Translations under genes and position numbers: made by a program
DNA from: an uncultured Fibrobacterota bacterium
GTDB lineage: Bacteria; Fibrobacterota; Chitinivibrionia; Chitinivibrionales; FEN-1185
DNA: 64,000 nucleotides
Direction: 5' to 3'
NCBI GenBank assembly: GCA_963753345.1
Contig: CAVWBU010000026.1
Coordinates: 160,001 to 224,000 of the forward strand
The notes under the pieces: generated by a model
The model's database searches: none
What the model was told of the DNA's origin: nothing
What the model saw: the letters and a program-made list of their open reading frames with translations, nothing else
Shown here: one piece after another, positions 29,641-40,253 of the stretch
How the letters are laid out: every line of letters begins with the position of its first letter
Numbering within the stretch: the first letter of the stretch is position 1

Positions 29641-30537
29641 ATGGAAAAACAAATCTCATTTCTAAAGCCCGAGCAGCTCGCCCCGATAAGAAGCCTCACG
29701 CTGCGGACCAAGGCCATCGTGGAGGGCACCATGGCCGGGCTGCACAAGAGCCCGTACCACGGCTTCTCCGCGCAGTTTCTCGAATACCGGCCGTATCTTT
29801 CCGGCGAGGCGGCGCGCCTCATTGACTGGCGCAAATACGCCAAGACGGGCCGGACGGTGGTGCGGCTGTATGAAGACGAGACCAATCTGGTCGCCTGGAT
29901 CCTTCTTGACAAAAGCGGTTCCATGGGGTTTTCTTCAGCGAAGGGCATGAGCAAGTGGGAGTACGGCCGGACGCTCGCCGCGTCGCTGGCGTGGATCCTT
30001 GTGCGCCAGCGCGATGCAGTGGGTTTGTTCGCCTTTGACAACGGGCAGCGTCTTATGGTGCCGCCGCGCTCCACCAACCTGCAGCTCACCACAATCCTGT
30101 CGCGCCTGTCCGGGCTGGAGCCGGGCGGCGCCACAGACTGCGGTAATTCCATGGAGCATCTCGCGGTGGGGATAACAAGACGGGGCCTGTGCATCGTGAT
30201 TTCGGACCTGTTCGACGATCCCGCGGCCGTGATCCGCGGCCTGCGGCATCTTCGGTTCAAGCGCCAGGACGTGATGGTGTTATGGGTGCTCGATCCCCTG
30301 GAAAACGAGTTCGTGAATGCTGGCGCCCTTGACGTCCGCGACCTTGAGACCGGCGCCAGGGTGGCGGTGGACGGTCTCACGGCCTCGGAGTTTTTTTCCG
30401 GCGGGGTCCTGCGGCACCGCCGCGAAATCGAAGACGCCTGCAGGTCGCTTGCAATCGGGTTTGAGCGCGTGGTGACCAACGAACCGTTCCAGAAGGCGCT
30501 CCTGCGCGTTCTTCAGAAGCGGAGGCGGATGTATTGA
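29641..30537 (+). CDS. DUF58 domain protein (MoxR-associated, VWA-like)
   Basis: G.HKSPYHGFS..F.EYR.Y..G, IDW, LDKSGSM, ISDL. Confidence 0.9.
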   Translation: MEKQISFLKPEQLAPIRSLTLRTKAIVEGTMAGLHKSPYHGFSAQFLEYRPYLSGEAARLIDWRKYAKTGRTVVRLYEDETNLVAWILLDKSGSMGFSSAKGMSKWEYGRTLAASLAWILVRQRDAVGLFAFDNGQRLMVPPRSTNLQLTTILSRLSGLEPGGATDCGNSMEHLAVGITRRGLCIVISDLFDDPAAVIRGLRHLRFKRQDVMVLWVLDPLENEFVNAGALDVRDLETGARVAVDGLTASEFFSGGVLRHRREIEDACRSLAIGFERVVTNEPFQKALLRVLQKRRRMY

Positions 30538-32534
30538 ACGGGATCGCGTTTGTCCATCCGGAATTCCTGTGGGGGCTTGCGGCATGCGCAATTCCGGTGC
30601 TCGTGCATTTCCTCAACCGCAGGCGCCTCCGGCGTCTCGATTTTTCCACGCTCCGGTTTTTCCCCCAGGCCGCGGTCCGGACAAGCAGGATGCGGCAGAT
30701 CAAGCGCCTGCTGCTTCTGCTCGCCAGGCTTGCGCTGATCGTGATTCTCGTCATGATCTTTTCGCGGCCGTATTCCACCCGCGACCCGTTCGCGGTCCTG
30801 CACAACCCTGACGCGTCGGTATTCGCGTTTGTCGATCCCACGGTGAGCATGAACTACCGCGACAACGGCGCGCCGCTGTGGCGCGCCGGCTTCGGGCTCC
30901 TTGACACGCTCGACAGGGTTCTGCCGCCCGGTGCGAAGCGGTTCGTCTACAGCGCGGAGCGCGCCGAATTTGTGCCGGCGAAGAAATTCGGCACGCCTCC
31001 GGGCGCGTTCACCAGGCACGGCCCGGCGCCGCTGCACGAAATGTTTTCGGCGCTCTCCTTGGCGGCCGGCCGCACCGGCGGTAGGCCGCTGCTCGTTGTT
31101 GTTTCCGATTTTCAGGAGAACGTGAGCCTGGTGCTCGACACGCTGCTTGCGCGATGCGACGTGCCCGTGCTCTGCGCGAGCGTTGCGCCCGCGTCGCCGT
31201 GGAACTTCGGGGTGCGGGACGTGATAGCATCTGCCGCAAACCGGTCGGCGGTGGCCGCGCGGATCTCGTGCAGCGGCAGGGAGCTGCGCAACGCGGGCGT
31301 GACCGTCACCGCGGCAGGTTTGCGCGTGGGCCATGCTGTTGCAAACGCCGTACCCGGGCAGAGCGTGACGGTGCCGGTGGCCGTGACGGCCGATGGTGCG
31401 AAACCGGGCCAGGCCGCGGCCCTGGATTGCGACGATCCGTTTCCCGATGACAATGTATTCTATTTTGTCCAGGGCGCCGGCGCGGCCCTTCGGGTGCTTA
31501 TCGTGGGAGAACCGCGAGAGTGTTTCCCGGTGTCGGCCGCTTTCTCGGCGCTGGGCGCCCGCCAATGGGACCCGGTGGTGCGGCCGGGCCGTTTGGTTTC
31601 CTGGGACGACGTCGATTCCGCGGCGCTGGTGGTGCTGTGCGGCGTCCGCCAGCTCTCGCCGCCCCTGGCCGCGTTTGCGGCCGGCGCGTCGCAGGGGAAA
31701 AAAGCCGTGCTGTTTTCGCCGGTGGTCGACAGCGCAAATCCATCGGCAAACGACGCGCTGCTTCCCGGCAAGGGCCGGGCCGCGGCAAAACTCAAGCCGG
31801 TGTTCGAAACGCGGCAGCACAGCCTTGTGCTTCCCGACACGGTGTCGCCCCTCTTCGGGGGCTTCCGGCGCCTGAGGGACGCCGACGTCCAGATTCACGA
31901 CTACTGCACGGGCCTTTTTGGAACCGTGCTTGCGCGGCTGGACAACGCCGTTCCCTTTGCGACGCACCTTATTGACACAATGGGAAACTCGTGGGTGATG
32001 CTCGCCTCGGCCATCGGTCTGGGCGACAGCGGCGCCCCGGCGCAAGGCGGCCTGTATGCCAGCGGCATCTACGTGCCGCTGCTCGACCGGCTTGCACGGT
32101 ACGCGCTTTCCGCGATCCAGAAGGAGCCGCAGACGTGGACCGCGGGATTCCCGAAACGCAATCCCTATTACGGCGGCCGGAGGGGCGCCGACGTGTTCGA
32201 CGAATCGGGAAGGAACATTTCTCGCTGGTCAAGTCAGCCCAGGGTAATGTTCGACAAGCCCGGCCTGTACCGCATCCAGCCCGACGGCGATCCGTCCTTT
32301 TGGATTGCGGCGAATGTCGACTCGATGGAGGCGGATTTCGCCTGCCGCAGCCCGCGCATCGCCCCCGCCATGGCCCCGCGCGTCAAGTATGTCGAAGCGG
32401 GCCGGTTCGCGTCGTTCGTACGACAGCGCCGGCCGGGATCGTTTTCGGGATGGCTGTGGGCTATTCTGGGCTTGCTTGCTATTGCGGAAGTGTTGTTGTG
32501 GGAGAGGAAGGGAGTGACGGGCAAGGGCGAATGA
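30534..32534 (+). CDS. BatA-domain membrane protein
   Basis: F..PEFLWGL....IPVLVHFLNRRR...FSTLRF; C-terminal TM ending EVLLW. Confidence 0.85.
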   Translation: MNGIAFVHPEFLWGLAACAIPVLVHFLNRRRLRRLDFSTLRFFPQAAVRTSRMRQIKRLLLLLARLALIVILVMIFSRPYSTRDPFAVLHNPDASVFAFVDPTVSMNYRDNGAPLWRAGFGLLDTLDRVLPPGAKRFVYSAERAEFVPAKKFGTPPGAFTRHGPAPLHEMFSALSLAAGRTGGRPLLVVVSDFQENVSLVLDTLLARCDVPVLCASVAPASPWNFGVRDVIASAANRSAVAARISCSGRELRNAGVTVTAAGLRVGHAVANAVPGQSVTVPVAVTADGAKPGQAAALDCDDPFPDDNVFYFVQGAGAALRVLIVGEPRECFPVSAAFSALGARQWDPVVRPGRLVSWDDVDSAALVVLCGVRQLSPPLAAFAAGASQGKKAVLFSPVVDSANPSANDALLPGKGRAAAKLKPVFETRQHSLVLPDTVSPLFGGFRRLRDADVQIHDYCTGLFGTVLARLDNAVPFATHLIDTMGNSWVMLASAIGLGDSGAPAQGGLYASGIYVPLLDRLARYALSAIQKEPQTWTAGFPKRNPYYGGRRGADVFDESGRNISRWSSQPRVMFDKPGLYRIQPDGDPSFWIAANVDSMEADFACRSPRIAPAMAPRVKYVEAGRFASFVRQRRPGSFSGWLWAILGLLAIAEVLLWERKGVTGKGE

Positions 32535-32553
32535 ATAAGATTGGGAAAGAAGA

Positions 32554-33012
32554 TCTGGGCGTTCCCCTCGCCTTTGTCAAGTCTCAGGCTTGGGTCGGCC
32601 CTCCTTCCGGTCTCGCCCTCCGGCCTCGGGCTGCCTGCCGCGAGGGCCCTGCGGTCCGTGGTCAGGCAGCACCGCGCTTCAGCGCGGCCTCCAGTCCGCC
32701 TAACGCGCGGCAGAGGAAAAACATTTTGTCAATCTTTGCTTCTTGCGCCAAGCGGACATCCTGACGGAAATCAGCTAATGCTTTGAATTGATCTTCCTTC
32801 AACTCTCCAACTGCATCTCAACCTTTCAACTCTCTTTCTCGGTGCCCCCGCAGCCAAAGTTTCTTTCTAGCAAATCAACCTACTTGGGGGCTACCCACGA
32901 GGGGGAAGCGCAAGACCGGCGCGATTGGTTCGAATTGCAAATTGGGACCGCCGGGCTGAAGCGAGGGGGACGACCCTTGGAAGTACCCGACGGGGTAAAC
33001 TTCCTCCCATTA
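32554..33012 (-). mobile_element. Composite structured intergenic element, copy 3 (inverted)
   Basis: Reverse-complement A 32554-32752, ttcaac-type repeats 32797-32833, reverse-complement B 32836-33010. Confidence 0.6.
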
Positions 33013-33072
33013 ATGCCTTTCTTATATTTTACATGAAGTAGAATATAGAACCAGCAGGGATATGATTTTCAC

Positions 33073-36000
33073 ATGGATCACATCGGCCAGAAATTCCTCG
33101 ACCTCCTCGCATCAAAAACGCCCATATTATTCGACGGCGCCATGGGAACGCAGATCCAGGAGGCAGACGTACGCGCCGAAGATTATCGCGGCCATAACGG
33201 GTGCAACGAGATTCTTGTTCTGTCGCGGCCCGAACTCATTCTTGACATTCACAAGCGGTATCTCTGCGCCGGCGCAAACGTGATCGAGACCAACACCTTC
33301 GGCGCCAACAGTATAAAACTTTCCGAATACGGACTTGCCCAGAGCGTCCGTGAGATCAACGGCGCCGCAGCAACGATCGCTCGCAGGGCGGCGGAAGAAG
33401 CGCGCTGCGAGCACGCGTGCCTTGTGTGCGGTACCATGGGGCCCACCGGGCTTCTTTTGTCAACCTCGGGCGGCGGAAAGGGAAGACGCGCCTTTTCGGA
33501 GATTGCGGATGTATACCGCGAGCAGGCCGGCGCGCTTATTGACGGCGGGGCAGACCTGCTGCTTCTGGAAACCATGCAGGACCTCCGCGAACTGCGCGCC
33601 GCGGTCCTCGGTATACGGGGCATGCTTGACGAGCGCGGACTTGCCGTGCCGCTCATGGCGCACGCAACGGTCGATACGAACGGCCGCATGCTCTTGGGCT
33701 CCGATATTCCGGCGTTTCTCGGTGCCGCCGGAAACCTCGGGCTCGACTGCCTCGGTCTCAACTGTTCTACCGGCCCGCATGAGATGAAGCGCTCGGTTCT
33801 GGAACTTCTCAGACTCTATCCGGGCCCGGTTTCCATGATGCCCAATGCAGGTATGCCCGAAAACGTTGCCGGCCGGGCGGTCTACAAAATGGACCCCGCC
33901 GAATTCGCCGGCGCTGTCGCGCCCCTGGTCGCGGAAAACGGCCTTGGCATCGTGGGCGGCTGCTGCGGTACCACGCCTGCTCACATTACCGCCCTGCGCA
34001 GCGAGCTTGCGGGAAAGACCGTCGCAGCCCGCATTGTGTCCCAAAAAACGTATCTCGGGTCCGGCATTTCGGGCAAGGAGCTCGAAGGCAGTGCGAAGCC
34101 TCTTATCGTTGGGGAGCGGCTCAACACCCAGGGCTCGAAGAAGACCAAGGAACTGGTGCTGTCGCGCAATTTCGACGAGCTCTTCCAGGTCGCAGCCGAG
34201 CAGAGCAAGAGAGGCGCGACTGCCCTTGACATCTGCGTTGCGGTAAGCGAGCGCGACGACGAGCGGAAAACCATGGCCGATCTCGTGTCGTTTCTATCGG
34301 AGCGCATAAGCGTGCCCTTCTGCATCGACTCAACCGAGCCGAACGTGATCCGCGCCGCGCTGGAGGCTTGCCCCGGGTCTGCACTTATCAACTCGATCAA
34401 CCTGGAGCGCGGCGGAAAACGCGCGCGCGAAATTCTCGCCATGGCCCGCGAGTTCGGCTGCCCGGTGGTGGCGCTCACCATCGACGACGAGGGCATGGCA
34501 AAAACCGTGGCGAAGAAACTCGACTGCGCGCGCCGCATCCGTGATCTTGCCTGCGGCGAGTTTCTGCTGCCCGAGCGCTTTGTCTACGTGGACCCGCTCA
34601 CCTTCACGCTCGCGACCGGCGAGCCGGAAAGCGCCGACGCGGCCAAGATCAGCCTCGAGGCGCTGTTCCGGATCAAGGAGGAGCTGCCGGGCATGCGCAC
34701 CATCATGGGCGTGAGCAACGTGTCGTTCGGCCTTGCGCCCGCGTCGCGCCAGGTGCTCAACAGCGTCATGCTCCACTACGCCGCGCAGGCAGGCCTCGAC
34801 GCGGCGATCTTCAACCCGCTGCACCTGGACAAAATAGAAACCGTTGATCCGGTGCTGCGCGGCTTGGCCGAAGACCTGCTGTTCAACCGCAGGCCGGGTA
34901 CGCTTGCCGATTTTGTCAATGCATTTACGCATGCGACACCTTCGGCGGCGGCGCCGCAGTCGGCGTCAGCGCTGCCGCCCGAAGCGGCGCTGCGCGACAA
35001 GATCCTCAACCGCGACCGGCGGGAGCTTGCGGCCTGCATCGAAACACTGCTTGTGTCGCGCAAGCCCGAAGACATTCTTAACGCCGTGCTCCTTCCCGCC
35101 ATGGCCGAGGTGGGCGCGAGAATGGACAGGGGAGAAATGATCCTGCCGTTCGTGCTCCAGGCCGCCGAGGTGATGAAGGAGGCGCTCGAGATCCTCAAGC
35201 CGCGCCTCGCGGGCGGGGAAGCGGGCAGGCGCGGGAAGATCGTGATGGCAACGGTGTACGGCGACGTGCACGACATCGGCAAGAACCTGGTGGCGTCGAT
35301 TCTTGCAAATCAAGGGTACGAGGTGGTCGATCTCGGCAGGCAGGTGCCGCTGGACGTGATCGTCGCGGCGGTAAAAGCGGAGAAGCCGGACGCGCTCGGG
35401 CTTTCGGCGCTGCTCGTCACCACGAGCCGCGAAATGGCCGCGTGCGTTGCCGAGTTTGACCGGCTCGGGCTGCGCGTTCCGGTCCTTGTGGGAGGCGCGG
35501 CGGCGAACCGCGAATTCGCCCAGCGGATCGCGGTGCTTGACAAGGGCCGCACGTACGGCGGCGGCGTCTATTTTGCCAAAGACGCGTTCGAGGCGGCGAA
35601 AGTACTTGACGAAATAAGAAAGCGCGGGTCCGCGCCGTCCGGCGAGCCTGCGGCGGCAGCGACCGGAGCGCGCGAAGCCGCGCCGGCCGTTGCCACACCA
35701 GGGGCGCTTTCCCATCCGGAAATCGTGTCCCCGCAGTTTTACGGCACAAGCCAGGTGCTGCGCTGGGAATGCGACAAGCTTCTGTCGGGCATCGATACGC
35801 AGCGGCTTTTCAAGGGATATTTCGGCGGCGGAAATCTGGGGAAAGAAGAATTTGTTGCAGCTGCGGAAAAGGAATTCATGCCCGCGTTTGAATCGCTCAA
35901 ACGGGGAATCCTTTCCCAAGGTCTCCTTGACGCTGCAGGAATGTACGGGATCTTTCCGGTGTTTACCGACGACATCCGGCTGTTTGTTCTTGATCCGTCG

Positions 36001-36456
36001 GATTTCCACACCCAGCTTGCCGAATTTGTTCTACCGCGCACGGCGAAAAAGAACCGCTCCATCGCCGACTACTTCCGTCCCGAATTCGATGTTCTGGCTG
36101 TCCAGATCGTCACTATTGGAAAAGGCATTGACGAACAGCGCCGCAGGTTCATGGAGGCGGAAAACAAGCTGACCCACGGGTTTTATCTCAACGGCCTGGC
36201 AAATTTTCTCACCGAGCTCCTTGCCGACAAGACGACCGCGGAAGTGCGGCGCGCAATGTATATCGCACCGGACCGCGGCCGGAGGTACAGCTTCGGCTAC
36301 CCCGGTCTTCCCGGCGTGGAGCAGCAGGCCCGATTGTTTGAAATGCTCGGCGTGGAGGAGCGGCTCGGCGTGTCGTTGACAACGGGGTTTCAGATGGTGC
36401 CGGAGCACTCGACAATGGGGATTTTTGTGCATCATCCGCAGGCAGAGTATTTATAA
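33073..36456 (+). CDS. metH: Cobalamin-dependent methionine synthase
   Basis: DGAMGT, GLNCS, GGCCGTTP, GERLN, DVHDIGKNLV, RYSFGYP, PEHST. Confidence 0.95.
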   Translation: MDHIGQKFLDLLASKTPILFDGAMGTQIQEADVRAEDYRGHNGCNEILVLSRPELILDIHKRYLCAGANVIETNTFGANSIKLSEYGLAQSVREINGAAATIARRAAEEARCEHACLVCGTMGPTGLLLSTSGGGKGRRAFSEIADVYREQAGALIDGGADLLLLETMQDLRELRAAVLGIRGMLDERGLAVPLMAHATVDTNGRMLLGSDIPAFLGAAGNLGLDCLGLNCSTGPHEMKRSVLELLRLYPGPVSMMPNAGMPENVAGRAVYKMDPAEFAGAVAPLVAENGLGIVGGCCGTTPAHITALRSELAGKTVAARIVSQKTYLGSGISGKELEGSAKPLIVGERLNTQGSKKTKELVLSRNFDELFQVAAEQSKRGATALDICVAVSERDDERKTMADLVSFLSERISVPFCIDSTEPNVIRAALEACPGSALINSINLERGGKRAREILAMAREFGCPVVALTIDDEGMAKTVAKKLDCARRIRDLACGEFLLPERFVYVDPLTFTLATGEPESADAAKISLEALFRIKEELPGMRTIMGVSNVSFGLAPASRQVLNSVMLHYAAQAGLDAAIFNPLHLDKIETVDPVLRGLAEDLLFNRRPGTLADFVNAFTHATPSAAAPQSASALPPEAALRDKILNRDRRELAACIETLLVSRKPEDILNAVLLPAMAEVGARMDRGEMILPFVLQAAEVMKEALEILKPRLAGGEAGRRGKIVMATVYGDVHDIGKNLVASILANQGYEVVDLGRQVPLDVIVAAVKAEKPDALGLSALLVTTSREMAACVAEFDRLGLRVPVLVGGAAANREFAQRIAVLDKGRTYGGGVYFAKDAFEAAKVLDEIRKRGSAPSGEPAAAATGAREAAPAVATPGALSHPEIVSPQFYGTSQVLRWECDKLLSGIDTQRLFKGYFGGGNLGKEEFVAAAEKEFMPAFESLKRGILSQGLLDAAGMYGIFPVFTDDIRLFVLDPSDFHTQLAEFVLPRTAKKNRSIADYFRPEFDVLAVQIVTIGKGIDEQRRRFMEAENKLTHGFYLNGLANFLTELLADKTTAEVRRAMYIAPDRGRRYSFGYPGLPGVEQQARLFEMLGVEERLGVSLTTGFQMVPEHSTMGIFVHHPQAEYL

Positions 36457-36697
36457 ATGTAGATTGAAGAATGTAGAATGTAGAATGAAATTTGCAATCT
36501 ACAATCTACAATCTACATTCTGAATTTATTCTGGCCCCCGGCGGCTAAAGCGCCGCCACCCCCTTGGAAAGGGGGAAGAACTTGAAGCCGCTGATTCCTA
36601 CACACTGCCGAGATTTGTTTCTTTTCACGCAGGAAAGCAATAAGGTTTAGAATTTAAATCAACAAGATCGCCTACGGCTTCAAGAATGACCGGCCTG

Positions 36698-36959
36698 TAC
36701 AGTGACCGTATTCACCTGACACCCCAAAATGCTATGCGCTTGAACGAATATAGAATTTTTACTTCACAGCTGTCGCTCCAAGGGTGCGCGCAACGGGTGT
36801 CTCGGTCTTGCCGCAGGCCCACCCACGCCGCACCCCGCGAAGCTCCCAAAGGCATTATAAGTCTATTGATTTGTTGATTGCAGCAATCGATTGTCAGGTG
36901 AATGCTATGTCAATGCAACTAAACTTTCGTCCCAGTTGTTCTTCCTTTACGCAGTGAAC
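36698..36959 (+). repeat. Direct repeat, left copy
   Basis: Shares ctgtcgctccaagggtgcgcg, tcttgccgcaggcccaccc, gcaccccgcgaagctcccaaaggcatt and cgtcccagttgttcttc with 39420-39738. Confidence 0.9.
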
Positions 36960-37224
36960 GCAACGACCTGCTATTGTAAAGTAACACCCCTTCAAGCTGA
37001 TTTCCCCGGTGCTTCTTACGGCTTGTGCACGTCAATCAGAGGTTGATTTTGTCAACCCCGCTTCTCTTTTCGTGTGGCCAAACGCTATTCCCATAAGAAA
37101 AGTCTGAGCATCAGGGCCAAACACGGCATATCGACCGTTCGCTAAAAAAGAACGAAAAATGTCAAACAGGTGTTGCAATTGCCATCATTTGTTTGTAAAT
37201 TCAATAGTGAACAAAAGGGACAAT

Positions 37225-38052
37225 ATGATGCCGTTGATATTTGAATATCTCGATTTCCGAAGATTTCTACGTGACTTCTACGCTGAGAAGAAGCGGAAGA
37301 ATCCTCGATTTTCCTATCAAGTCTGGGCGCATGCCGCGGGGTTCCGGTCAAAGAGCTATTTCCCCGAATTGATTTCCGGAAAGAAGAATATTGCGGACGA
37401 CGCAATCGATACGGTAGCTCGATCTATCGGCCTTGATGGCAAATCGGTCGCTTTTTTTGAGGCACTTGTTGCATTCAACCAGTCCAGGACACACGAACAG
37501 AAAATACGCTCGTGGGCAAAACTCACCGAATTCAACCGCCGCGGCAATGCTCGCCTCCTCATGCGCGACCAACACGACTTCTACAGGCAATGGTACCATC
37601 ACACGATACGGGAACTGGTGGTCATGCACGACATCGGCAACGATTGGGAACGCCTTGCCTTACTCGTGGTCCCTGCCATCAAGCCAAGCCAAGCAAAAGC
37701 CTCAGTGAAACTCCTGCTGCGTCTGGGGTTGATCCGAAAAAAAGGAAAACGATTCGAATTGGTGGATACCGTAGTCACCAGCGGCGATGAGGTGCGGTCG
37801 GTTGCGGTAACCGAATTTCACCTTCAGAACCTCGATGTTGCGAAGAAAGCGATTACAAATTGTCCCAGCGAAGCGCGGGATGTCAGCTCGGTCGTGGCTG
37901 CCTTATCACCACATGGATTTGCAACGATAAAAGAAGAAATTCAGAGGTTCCGGAAAAAACTGCTCTCCATAGTCGAAAGCGATAACGCACAAAACCGCGT
38001 TTACCATATCAATTTCCAGCTATTTCCGACGAGTAAAGAACATGATGAATAA
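37225..38052 (+). CDS. TIGR02147-family protein (putative HTH regulator)
   Basis: IFEYLDFR.FL.D.Y, FSY, WYH..IREL, RDVSS, VYHINFQLFP. Confidence 0.88.
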   Translation: MMPLIFEYLDFRRFLRDFYAEKKRKNPRFSYQVWAHAAGFRSKSYFPELISGKKNIADDAIDTVARSIGLDGKSVAFFEALVAFNQSRTHEQKIRSWAKLTEFNRRGNARLLMRDQHDFYRQWYHHTIRELVVMHDIGNDWERLALLVVPAIKPSQAKASVKLLLRLGLIRKKGKRFELVDTVVTSGDEVRSVAVTEFHLQNLDVAKKAITNCPSEARDVSSVVAALSPHGFATIKEEIQRFRKKLLSIVESDNAQNRVYHINFQLFPTSKEHDE

Positions 38053-38494
38053 GTTCTGTTCTTACTCGCTGGCCTTGGTGCCGCTTTCTCTGCTTATGCT
38101 GGCCCGCTGTTCCATTAGCATTACGGGTGGCGGCGAAATAGGGAACCCTTCATCAGCCGGCTTCGCTTTTGTCGATTCGGTCAAATGCCCGGGCGTCATG
38201 ACCTCCGGCAATCAAATTGATATAGGAAACGGCACATCGCCCATCTCGCAACCATCAGGCCAAGGTGAAGCCCGGGTAGGAGAAATGCAGCAGTATACTT
38301 ATCCTTCAGGGTCCGGTACTATTCGTTTCCTGTTTTCGGGGCCATCCACTAAGCTGGTCACTCAATGGTCTCCAGATTCGCAGATTGATTGCGCATGGAC
38401 AACAACAGGAGTATGTTCGGTTCAGGTGCAGGTTGATAGCTGGTTGGACACCATGGCATGGTCGAAGCCATTAATAGTGCACGTAATTGATTAG
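38042..38494 (+). CDS. Putative lipoprotein coupled to the TIGR02147 gene
   Basis: LLMLARC lipobox-like signal followed by GGGEIGNP. Confidence 0.6.
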   Translation: MMNKFCSYSLALVPLSLLMLARCSISITGGGEIGNPSSAGFAFVDSVKCPGVMTSGNQIDIGNGTSPISQPSGQGEARVGEMQQYTYPSGSGTIRFLFSGPSTKLVTQWSPDSQIDCAWTTTGVCSVQVQVDSWLDTMAWSKPLIVHVID

Positions 38495-38562
38495 CAAATA
38501 ATGGCAGATGTGCATCTATCACAATAGTTCTCACAGTGTTTCCATGTCCAAAGGAGAATATC

Positions 38563-39303
38563 GTGAAAAGGTATCTGATTAATGTTTTTCCCTGGCTGGT
38601 ATTGACTTGTTTGGGCTGTGCGGGGACAAACAAGACCCCGGTGCCGCTTGCGGCAATAGACCGGCCACTGGTGAATCCCCGCGGAACCTGGTTTGCGCAC
38701 CCTGGTGTCGGTGGGTATGTCGCCTCCGAAGATTCTATATCATACCGGGGGTTTAATGCTGCGAACATTCTTTCCGTCGGTTACTCGTTATCTGATAATT
38801 TCTCGTTGCCCCTGATTCCTTTTCCATATTTTAGCTGGCAAATAACAAAAAGCCCGCTTGTGGATACTGCCGCCAAATACAAATGGCAAGTTGCCTTTTC
38901 CGGCGGCCTTTCGGGATATAACTCACAGTTGGGTATTTCCTACGACATGCAGTTATTTTGGAAAAAGAGGCTCACACAATCTTTCTGGTATCAGGGAGGG
39001 CTTTTCGATGGGGCATGGCTGGCTTTAAACAGAATAGATGTGGTTGCATATCAACCGGCTGAGGCTTCCAGCGGAATCGGCATACAGCTTTCGCCCAAGG
39101 CAGACATAATTCCCTCCCTTATGGTCAGTTATTTTGGCAATCAAAATCATCCCACAAGAGAATATTTAAGCTGCACTGCAACCTTTAATTTCCATTACAG
39201 CTTTGCGCAATGGGCTTCAATTTACGTCGGATCGTATTTCTCGTTCTACTATCGGCGGGAAATGGCAGCTGGTACGAATATAGGCGGTGAATTCTACTGG
39301 TGA
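38563..39303 (+). CDS. Exported protein, possible outer-membrane beta-barrel or lipoprotein
   Basis: LGC lipobox, aromatic-rich alternating strands, C-terminal GGEFYW; AAGGAG SD. Confidence 0.55.
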   Translation: MKRYLINVFPWLVLTCLGCAGTNKTPVPLAAIDRPLVNPRGTWFAHPGVGGYVASEDSISYRGFNAANILSVGYSLSDNFSLPLIPFPYFSWQITKSPLVDTAAKYKWQVAFSGGLSGYNSQLGISYDMQLFWKKRLTQSFWYQGGLFDGAWLALNRIDVVAYQPAEASSGIGIQLSPKADIIPSLMVSYFGNQNHPTREYLSCTATFNFHYSFAQWASIYVGSYFSFYYRREMAAGTNIGGEFYW

Positions 39304-39419
39304 TTTCCAAACATTTCCTCAAATTAAAGAACCACGCAGCACCGCGACTTTGGCTGCATGCAAATGATGGGAGCAGAGGCCGTGCCAATCCATTCTGGCT
39401 CATGTCAAGGCAAACGGTT

Positions 39420-39738
39420 TACAATGATGGTTGTTACTTGACACCTAAGAATGCCATGAGCTTGAACGAATCAAAGATCTCCTCTTCACAACTGTCGCTC
39501 CAAGGGTGCGCGCTTATGTTTATCTAATTCCAAATTATCACCCTCTCCGTGCCGGAGAGGGCCGGGGTGAGGTTGTTCCGATCTTGCCGCAGGCCCACCC
39601 ATGCTGCACCCCGCGAAGCTCCCAAAGGCATTCAAATTTATTGATTGATTTGTTGATTGTAGCATCAATTGTTACGTGAATACGATATCAATACAACTAA
39701 ACGCCTCGTCCCAGTTGTTCTTCGTTTACGCATTGAAC
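39420..39738 (+). repeat. Direct repeat, right copy (interrupted by a CCCTCTCC/GGAGAGGG REP)
   Basis: Colinear with 36698-36959 apart from an insert at about 39525-39578. Confidence 0.9.
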
Positions 39739-39767
39739 TATTTTTTATCACAACAGGAATTCTTTCA

Positions 39768-40091
39768 ATGAACACGAAAAAGAAAAACCATCATCCATCC
39801 TATCACAAACCAGCAACGGGCCGCCCCGTATTCGGCGACAATGTCGACCATGTGCTCACAAAGAAAATCATCGGCCATTCCAGGGAGCCGGGCGTCACCA
39901 AGGCAAGCCCCGTTTTCGAGTCTGCGCCGATAGACAAGACAAAGGCACCGGATTCCTCGTTCACCTACCGAACGCCGGAGGAGAAACGCGAACAAAAGCG
40001 CTCCGGATACGGTCTTGCCGCGCTCGTGTGCCTCGGCCTGCTCGCGGTGATCACCTTCCTCTGGACTAAATTCCGCGACGACGATAGATAA
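39768..40091 (+). CDS. Small protein with a C-terminal TM helix
   Basis: ATG ORF ending GLAALVCLGLLAVITFLW. Confidence 0.5.
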   Translation: MNTKKKNHHPSYHKPATGRPVFGDNVDHVLTKKIIGHSREPGVTKASPVFESAPIDKTKAPDSSFTYRTPEEKREQKRSGYGLAALVCLGLLAVITFLWTKFRDDDR

Positions 40092-40253
40092 CGTCTGCAG
40101 TGAAGGTATCTCCACCTGTTGCATGGAAACCCTCACCCCGGCCCTCTCTACCCCTTCGGGTACTTCCAAGGGTCGCCTAGGGGAGAGGGAGAATTTGGAA
40201 TACGTACCGATGCTTCATCGTGAAGTGTTACTTTTGACATTAACGATAGCGAC

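Noticed and set aside
26460-33012. CRISPR array
   Set aside because: The repeats are dispersed, long and diverged; there is no repeat-spacer periodicity and no cas gene.
32760-33072. SAM or cobalamin riboswitch upstream of metH
   Set aside because: The region is explained by inverted module B and short repeats; no riboswitch consensus was recognised.
36686-36877. Small ORFs within the direct repeats (also 39300-39527)
   Set aside because: Their similarity follows from the DNA repeat; starts and ends are not conserved between the copies.
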